Assembly (NCBI GenBank): GCA_965644315.1
Contig: CBFFRQ010000067.1
Location: forward strand, 682,001 to 746,000
Length of the DNA: 64,000 bases
Direction of reading: 5' to 3'
Source: Caecitellus pseudoparvulus
Lineage: Eukaryota; Protista; Bigyra: Bicosoecida
Shown here piece after piece: positions 54,801 to 63,800 of the stretch. The position numbers were made by a program, and so were the translations under genes. The notes below the pieces were generated by a model. That model saw nothing but the letters and a program-made list of their open reading frames with translations, ran no database searches and was not told the origin of the DNA. How positions within the stretch are numbered: the first letter of the stretch is position 1; each line of letters begins with the position of its first letter.

Positions 54801-57800
54801 CGTGGCGCAGAAGCCACGTCGCACCACCGTTTGTGTCCCAAGGTGAGCCTGCCACGAGCAGCGGCTCACCGTGCACTGACACGGATGTCGCCAGTGCCGC
54901 ACCCAATCCCTGGCCGTCATCCAGAGATGCCCCCAGGTCAACATCCAGGCGGCCGGGGAGCACAGACATGCCATAGAAGGCCGGGACCAACTTTCCATCC
55001 GCCCAGTCTGTGCCGAGGCGGTAGGATGCGATGGAGCCCTGGCCTGCGTTCACCCCAGGCGCGCCGACGAAGAGATCAATCGCTCCAGTCACAGGCACGT
55101 CAGGCACCATCCCCAACGCCGCTCCAAACTTGGCGGTTGAGTTTTCGAAGTCTCCTGCGGCGTTGTTTGTGGGCTGAACTCGCAAGAGGTGGATCAGGCT
55201 GCCCGCTGTCGTGTTCAGGGACATCACCCACACACCGTGGGAGCCCCCAGGCCCTGCCAGCTCGTCCAGCACCGTTCCGACTGTGAGCACCATGTGGGAG
55301 TAGCCAGGCACTGGTGTCCAGGCAACGGACGTGCCCAGACCTGTGGCATCGGAAAGCGCCAAGCCAGTCAAATCGTTGGAGCCTGTGTGTACACACGCTG
55401 CCGAGGACAGGACCACACCCATGACAGGTGAAATGTACACCGTGAACAGCACAACCGCACCTGGCTCCTGTCCTGGTCCCGGGCGTTGAAACATTGGTGC
55501 ACCCACAGCGAGCACCGCAGCAGGGTTCCCGCTTACGGTCTGCTCTCCACAGAACGCGAGGGAAGCACCGAATTCCATGGGTCCTGACCCGACTGGCATT
55601 GCCTCGCGGATCTGGGGCATGCTCGGGGTCACAGCTGACGCCCCAAGCATTGCGCCTTGAGCATCCAAGGCAAGCAGGTACACGGTGTCGTTCCCAGGGG
55701 CCCCCACTGCGAGGTCTGGCTCACCGTCAGCAGTGATATCTCCAAGGGCTGCCAAAGACGCCCCAAAACGGTCGCCCACCTTCAACTGCAGTGGAGACGC
55801 AGCAAGCCAGTGCAGCGGGGCTCGGGGCACAAGGCCTTCGGAAATGCTCAGGTGCACAACAGCCACGTCGCCTCTTCCTAGCACACCTGGCGCACCAGTG
55901 GCAACCCACATGCTGTCTGAGTCTACTTGCCCGCCATTGCAAAGCACAGCCACGGCTGCGCCGAATTCGACGTTTGGACCCAGGGTCATGCCGAGAAATG
56001 GTTGCCCGGGTGAAACGAAGGGACTTCCCGTCGAGGCCCGGTGATAGTTGCCCAGGGCGGCAAACGCTGCGAATTGGTGGACACTGCGGTCGCGGATTTG
56101 CGGCAGTTCAGCTGTGGAGTTGGCGGTTTTGGGCAACAGGTTCACATCCACGCGGAACAATGCCACAACACCCTCAGCGGGCTGCATGGTGTCGAGGTTT
56201 CGGGACAGGGATGGCGAGCCAACGGCTGCCCACGTCGCATCACCAAAGCGGAAGCTCGTCAACGATGCATGGCGGAAGCTCGTCAATGGACCGTATTCTT
56301 GAGTAGTCGTGTTCAAGAGAAGCAAGCCCAAGTCTGTGGCTGTTCCCGTGCCCAAGGAGCCTACGTACACTCCTCCAGTGTCGTTCTGCGCGGCGCCGTC
56401 ATGCTCCGCAGCCGCGAGGAGGGACACTTGGCTCGCAGGCCAAGCACCCAACACGGCGACAGAAGAGCCCCATGCCGAAGTTCCAGGGGGCGCGCCCAGC
56501 ACCCGGCTCACGTTAATCGTCAACACAGCCGTCAACTCAGCCAGCACGATCGTCTCTTCTCCAGTACAGCCGACGGCAAGGGTGATCCAGCTGCCGGTTT
56601 CACTTGGGAAAGCAGCCAGGCTGCTTCCAGCCTTGGCACCCGCATCTCCGGGCATGTCTGCCCAGGGCCCAGCTGGATGGTGAGGGCCCAGGGTAAGTTG
56701 CAGTCCATTGGTATCTGGGATGCCATCTTGCTTCAGAGCAGTGAGGAACACGCGCCCCACACGGTTGTAGCCCACAATGCTCGAACCAGGCGCACCGATG
56801 GCAAGGACCGGCGGAGTGCTTGCAAACCCTTGCTGCAGTCGAACAAATGCCGACCCAAGTTCTTGCACAGTAATGCCAGTTGCTGGCCCAGGCGTAGATG
56901 AGAAGCTGTGAAAGTCGGCCACCTGCCCTGACGGAGAGAGAAATAGAATATACACGCAGCCGGTGGGACCCTGGTCTGGTGCGCCGACGACAAGGTCAGG
57001 GGTGCCGTTCCCATCAAGGTCGCTCAAGGGAGCAACTGCAGCACCGAGCCGGCTGTGGGCTGGGATGCCTGCGAACGCATCGTGAGAAGAGCCCAGGAAA
57101 GTCGTGTGCACTACCGAGAGACCATTTGCTGGCCTGGGAGAAATGTGGAGCAGCAGCACTCCGCCGGAGGGGTCCACAGATTGGATGGAGCTTGTGCCCA
57201 TGTAGGTTGTGCCGGGCAGCCCAACAGCCAGCACGCCCACGTCGGGGTCAGAACCAGGTGTTGTAGTCAGGGGGCCAAGAAAAGCGAGAGACGCACCAAG
57301 CTCAGCGTCCAAGCTGATCGCATGGGGTGGGGGAGGCAGTACCCCTGCGTGCAGCAGACTGCTGCCAAGCACCGCTGGCGGCTCAGGCGCCGGACTGTCC
57401 TCGCCGCTCACAAGGCAGAAGTCGGACAGAGATGGTGCCTGAAACGATCGCTGCAGCCACATTTCACGCAATTCCCCGAATTCTGACATTGGGCGCCCTG
57501 CAAACAGATACAACTTTGTTCGGGTTGACCAGGGTGCCCGTCCTAGGCTGGTGCCTGTGCCAAGGTCACCAGGGAGAGGTTCGGACACCACGCCAAAGTG
57601 CTGGCCGATGCGTGTCACACCAGCAACCGTCCAAGGAGAGGAGGTGCGATTGACGTCCAGGAGCAAGAAGGCCCCTGCTTCCGCAGCATCTCCCTCACGT
57701 AGACCCTCTGCGCCCACAGCGATGGTGAACAGTGCCTCATCTGGGTTGCGGCCGAGGCTCGTGAGCGAGCTGCCGAGTGTTGCGCCAGGGTGTAAGGTGC

Positions 57801-60800
57801 TCTGCAAGGCAAGTGACACGTCGTCGAACACATGAACACCTACAAGGCTTTCCCCGGCGCCAAGTTCGAGAAGGAGCAGTGTTCCCGCAGCCCCCCAGCC
57901 TGGAGCACCGACAAACAGCTGGGCACAAGCGCCGCCACCCGCGCCTTCGTGCTGTGCACCAGCAACTGCTGCAAGACTCGTCCCGAATAGTGCGCCTGCA
58001 CCAATGAAAGGCGTGAGTGTGGCGTTGTCTGCCGACAGTATAACATGCTTCACGAGGCCTGCGCCTCCCCAGTACATCATGATGACTGCGCCGCTGCTCG
58101 CGAAGTCGCCTGTGCCTCCACCATACTCAGGAGCACCAGCGGCAGAGACCAGGTCCACTTGCGATGGCCCGTTCGGCTCTCCCGCAAATCCAATACTAGC
58201 CACAGATGAGCCGATCTTGGAGCCTGTCAGCGCAGAGGGTCCAAGCAACGGGCTTGGTGCGTTCGTGTCCGAGCTGCTCGCCGCTGCAACAAGTTCACCG
58301 GTTGCTGCTAAATGAAGCATAGTCACAGCGCCAAAGTATGAATCAGTTCCAGGAGCTCCCGCCAGCAGAGATTCGGCACCATACTGTGGCAAGTGCCCGG
58401 CGGGGGCCAGGGAAGCACCCCAGCGGCGGAGCGAACTCGACCATGCAGGGGTATGGGGCAGGTCATCAAAGGACACTTCCTGTATCAGCCGCAATGCGCC
58501 GGAATCTCCCCAAATGACATCCACTCCACCCGTACCGGAGTCTGCCATCGGAGACCCTACGGCAATGCTTGCGTCGCCATTTCTCTCGTCAATGAAGTGC
58601 AAGGCGATGATCGCGGAGCCGTACTGACTCGGCAGACCGCTTGGAGATGCATGGGCAGACATGGATACAGTTGCAGGCCGGTGACCGTCACATGTTCCAG
58701 GCAGCACACTACCCGAGTTTGGCAGCGTCAGCTTCCAGGCTGTGCCATGGCGGGCGGTGGCATCATCGAAATCCTGAGACGCACCCACAAGCAAGCCAAC
58801 CTTGCCTGTGCTCGTTTCGTCAGCGGCTGCCAGCGCAGACCCGAAGCGTGCGCCTTGTGAAAGCGCGCTGTTCAAGCCTTCGGAATAGGGGCGCACTTCA
58901 TGCAGAGGGGTCCAGGTGCCTGATGCGTTCAACGCTAGTACGTGCACAAGTCCATGGGAACCAGCGCCTGGATGTCCCACTGCAAGCTCAGGCACGCCGT
59001 CAGCCCACAAGTCCCCGATCGGAGCTACGGCAGCCCCGAAACGCCCCCCCGCAAGTGACAAGAGGCCAAGGCTTGCCGGCTCCATCAGCACCATGCGGCG
59101 CAAGGTGAACCCTGGACCTCGAAGCAGGATCCCCACGGCGCCGGAACCGTCCACGCCATACCCGGGCATACCCATGGCAAGGTCGCAAAGTCCATCCCCG
59201 TCAATGTCAGGCAGCGCTGCAAGCGAGGCGCCAGCTTCGTGTCCGCTGCGATCAGCCAGCAAGCTACCTGCGGCGTCTGGAAAGTGGCTGTGCAAGGCTG
59301 CTACGACGGGGCGGTATTGACTGTCCAGGGCGACAAACACAATGGCGCCGGCGTGGTGAGCAACTTCTGAACCAAGCGGTGCTCCAACGACTATTTCTGG
59401 GCCCGCGTGAGTGGTGTCCTTGCCAACGAGTGCTGTGATGGCGCTGCCAAACTCGGAAGAGTTTGACACCGGCCCAGCTCCCACTAGTTCGCAATCGGCC
59501 CCCGTCAGGGCAGCCCTCACTGAATCAAAGCCAACGCCATTCAGCTTCACAAACCAGACGACTCCACCCACATCCAGACCTTCGTCTCCGGGGGACCCAA
59601 TTGCGATAGTGTTGGCTGCCACTCGAGCAAGCGCTGAGCCGAATCGACCATGTACATGTCGTGGAGGAAGGGAGGCGCTGGAGAACAAGGTACTGTCAGG
59701 AGTGAGCTTCAGCACGCTTTCCACGTCTCCCGAGGGGTTCTGCATCAAGAACGCGACGACGCCCGGTTTATCACCTGGGTTCGTCTGCATGTTTGGGGCG
59801 CCGACAACAAACGCCAGGTCATCTAGAAAAGCAACTGCGGTGCCAAACTCGGGGGGCTGCAAAGACGCCCAAGTAGACAGCTGGGGAGGATCATCGACCC
59901 GGAATGGCGTGAAACTCTGCACAATACCAGAGCTCAGAATTGGCACTGAGCATGCACATGGAGAAGAGGTTGACCCATGCGCGACAGTCAAACTTGTTCG
60001 AAGCACGTGCACGAGGCCTTGCGTGGCAGCATTGCCTGGAGCACCGATTGCCAGCGTCACTCCACCTGTCTCAGGATCCACCAAGGACGCCAGACTCGTG
60101 CCAAAGTCGTCCCCGATGGACATGTTGGTTGCGTAGTTCCCATCTTCCAAGGAAAGAGCCTGCCAGCCTGCAATGGACATGTTGCCGGGTTCATGCTCTA
60201 AGTACAGCACTACAACTTGACTCGTGTCAGTGACGTGGCGCCCGGGTGCTCCGATCAGCAGGTCTGCCACACCATTGCCATCAATGTCGCCTGGGGACGC
60301 TAGCGCAGCACCGAACTGCAGCCCAGTCAAGCCAGCACCTCGCAACTCTGGCCTGGTGGCAGGAATGAGCTGCAGGCCCTGTACGGTCGCGTTGGGGCTG
60401 AGGAACACGAGTACAACCCCCCCAGAATGAGTGCCATCAAGCTCTAGGTTCGGGGCACCCACAGCAAGGTCACATCCTCCGTCTAAGTCCAGGTCCGACA
60501 CCAAGGCAAGTGAGTGGCCAAAGCGGGCGCTGCGCGGGACAGGGGTAAGGCCGGGCACGTCACTGTGATCAATGAGCACCGAGCCGGTCACTGATGCAAA
60601 GGAGACATGCATGAACAGCAAAAACACTTGCCCGGATCCAGGGGCACCGGCAGCCACATCTGGAACTTCGTCCAAATTCCGGTCGCCGAGCCCCACAGCT
60701 GCAGCGCCAAATGCATGTGCAGGGGCAATGCCCAGGGAGGACAGGTGTGGGTCAAGGGTAGCGTTGATGTAAGTTGTCGTGACACCGGTCACGGGGCCGT

Positions 60801-63800
60801 TGCGCAGGAACCACAGGCTGCCTACTGCCCCGCTGTCGCCGTCTGGAACAGAGCCCACGAGCCAGTCCTGAACGCCGTCGCCGTCGACATCCCCAGCTGC
60901 CGCAACGGAGGACGCAAAACTTTCGATACTTGTCGATTCAAGCTCTACGGGGTTGCCACTGTACACACCTTGCACTTCAGGAAAGCCCCAGGGCTGTGCC
61001 TCAGACTGGGGTGGCCGCAGCGTGACGTTCCCCACCCAGCCCATGCCCCCACCTCGCTCTTCGCCAGGGACTCCAACACCAAGGAGTGGAGCTGAGCAGG
61101 TCAACTCATCACACGGCAAGAACGCCAGCGCCATTCCCAAGATCCCTCCCTCGTCCTGCATGCTCAGGGCAGCAGTACCTTGTGCGGCAACCCCGCTCAG
61201 TTGCTGGCTTGAAAGGACAAAAGGAGCGGGACTCCAGAGGGGCAGGGGCTGAAGGAGTTCGCTTGAGAAATTTGCAACCCACACATCCCCTCCCTCTGGC
61301 CGCTTCCCGCTGAACATCGGCCCCCCAGCAGCGAGAGTGATCCCTCCTGAGGGATGATAGTAGCTTGCCAACGCCTGTCCTAGTCTTGGTGACTGCGAAA
61401 ACTCCACCTCGGATAGAATCCCGCTTCCGACTCGCGCATCTTCAGTTGCACCCCAAGCCACAGCAGGTTCATAGTCTGCGACAGGAGACTGAGCCAAGAG
61501 CATCAGGTGGAAGCCACCAGCGTTTGATGCCCCTACAGAGCGCCCTGGCATCCCGACTGAGAGCAGAGCGCCCCCGCTTTCACGATCAATGCCCAGACCC
61601 GCAACCGAAGCACCAAACAAACATGGGCCGAAGCACTGGGCCAGCAGGCCGTGAGAAGGGGCTGGAGACGCTTCACTGACGGGTTTCAACGTGTGATGGA
61701 AAATCGGGCGACCTTGCACGTTGAGACGCAGAAGAATAATGCAAGACCGCAACCTGTCGTGTGTGGTCGCTCCCACAAGAATGTCAGGCAACTGCAGGCT
61801 GTTGGGCGACGGCAGGGCTGCCAAGGAAATACCCATTTCTGTGAACTCCGCCAGGCTGCTGTCATCCTCAAGCGTGTCGCAGAGAAGCGCGGTGTTGGCG
61901 ACTAGGCCTTCGTGGGGTGCACCAGGGTCAGCCTTCAAGGAAAACCGCCACAAATCGCACTCGCTCGATTGTGGTGCGCCAACAACGAGCTCAGGGACGC
62001 CGTCCCTGCTACGGTCGCCGACGAACACAACGGAGCTTCCAAACTGACTGATCTCAGCAGCGGGGGTGCTTGACGTTGTGTAGATCAAGTCCGGCGCCCA
62101 GATGGTCTGGTCCAGGAGAAGGACTTGGGAGGACAGTTGCAGAGTCCCGGCTGATGGGGCTTCCAAGCCAAACACGGTGACTTTACCACCTGAGCTCTCA
62201 CCTGGTGCTCCAACAGCAAGCTCAGCCTCAAACTGGGTGCTTGGTCGGAGGAACGCCGGCGCAACCGCAATTGCAGCGCCAAACCTATCATTCGCGGAGG
62301 GTGTGAATGGGCCGAAAGAATCACCTGCCCCGAATTCGAACACAAGTGATGGAGCTGCTGGCGAGGAAAAGTCAACAATCATCACTGATCCCGCGTAAGT
62401 CATAGTACCCGGTGCTCCGACAAGCAGCGTGGGCTGCAACTCTTCGCTGGCATTTGCAGACTGCAACCAAGCCAGCGCTGAGCCGATGTGAACAGTGTCT
62501 ACAGCCTCAGCCAGGGTGGATGAGATGTTGTGCGTTCCCGACAGAGAAGCGGGTTGGACGAAGCGCCGTGGCTGTCCCGGGTGCACAAGGTCTGAGCGAT
62601 CCCAAGGCGCTGACGAGTTGATGGCAAAGAGGCGTCCAGGAGGGCCACCTTCGATTTGCTCCACCACCCACCAGGCAAGCCCTTCTCCGAGGTGCCCGGG
62701 AAGTGCGAGCACAGCTTCGCCAAAGCCAGAGCCAAAGCCAGCCCCAAAACCACCTTGCCCGTTTGGTCCTGGATGCAGCACTTCGTACCCTTGCTCGACG
62801 ATCACCGAAGGGTCTCCGCCGTCCCACTGGAGGTCAACCGTCCAAACACGACCTTCCCTGCGGTCGCCCTGGCCATCTGCTGTGTAGTTTGCTGCAGAGA
62901 CAAGAAGGTCTGCGACACCGTTTCCTGCACTGTCCCCCATGCTCGCCAGGGCCGAACCGAACCTTCCGTACGGCTGCAAGTTACCAGCCAAGCCGCCAGG
63001 CTGCAGAGATGAGATCAGGTGCGCTGTCAATGGCGCCCCAGATGGCATGGATAGCTCAACAAGCACAACAGCCCCGTCTCGTGCATGAACGCCTGAAAAA
63101 CCGGGAACACCCACCGCCAGAAGACGCAGAGCGTTGTCTGGTCCACTATACAAGGGGGCCAGGGAGCTCCCGAACAGGGGCTTGTCGCTTGTCGGCAACC
63201 ACGATGAAAGGTTTGTGTTTGTCTCCCCCGACACCTCCTGCCACGGCTGCTGCGGACTCGGCTTGCCGCTTTGCTCAAGGTGAACGATGGCCACAACGCC
63301 CCGTCCTTTGGACGCAGTAACAATGCTCGCAGGCGAGTCTCCGCGGGGTGCCCCGATGGCCACGTCTGGCACTCCGTCGCCACTCAGATCCCCGACCGCC
63401 GTCACAGCAGCACCAAACCACGTCGCAACATCTGCATGCACTGATAGGATACCAGCGGCTCCATGACCCCAGTCTATTCGTGTCAAGGGCTCACCGCCAG
63501 CAGTGAGGCAGACAACGACAACCCTGCCTTTTGCGCCGGCCTGCGGGACTGCCGGAGCGCCAACAATGATATCCTCTACCCGGTCGCCGTTCACATCACC
63601 CACCAGCGCGACGCTGGCTCCAAACTGCAAGTTGTGCCAGTTTGGCGTGTTGGCCGATCCTTGGGGCGTAATTCGCTTGCAGCTTTGCACGCTACCGTCG
63701 TTGCCGGTGAATAAAATGGCGACGCTGCCGATGAACGGATGCCCGGTGAAAAAGTTGAACTTCGGGTTCCCAATCACAAGTTCAGGGTTGCCATCACGGT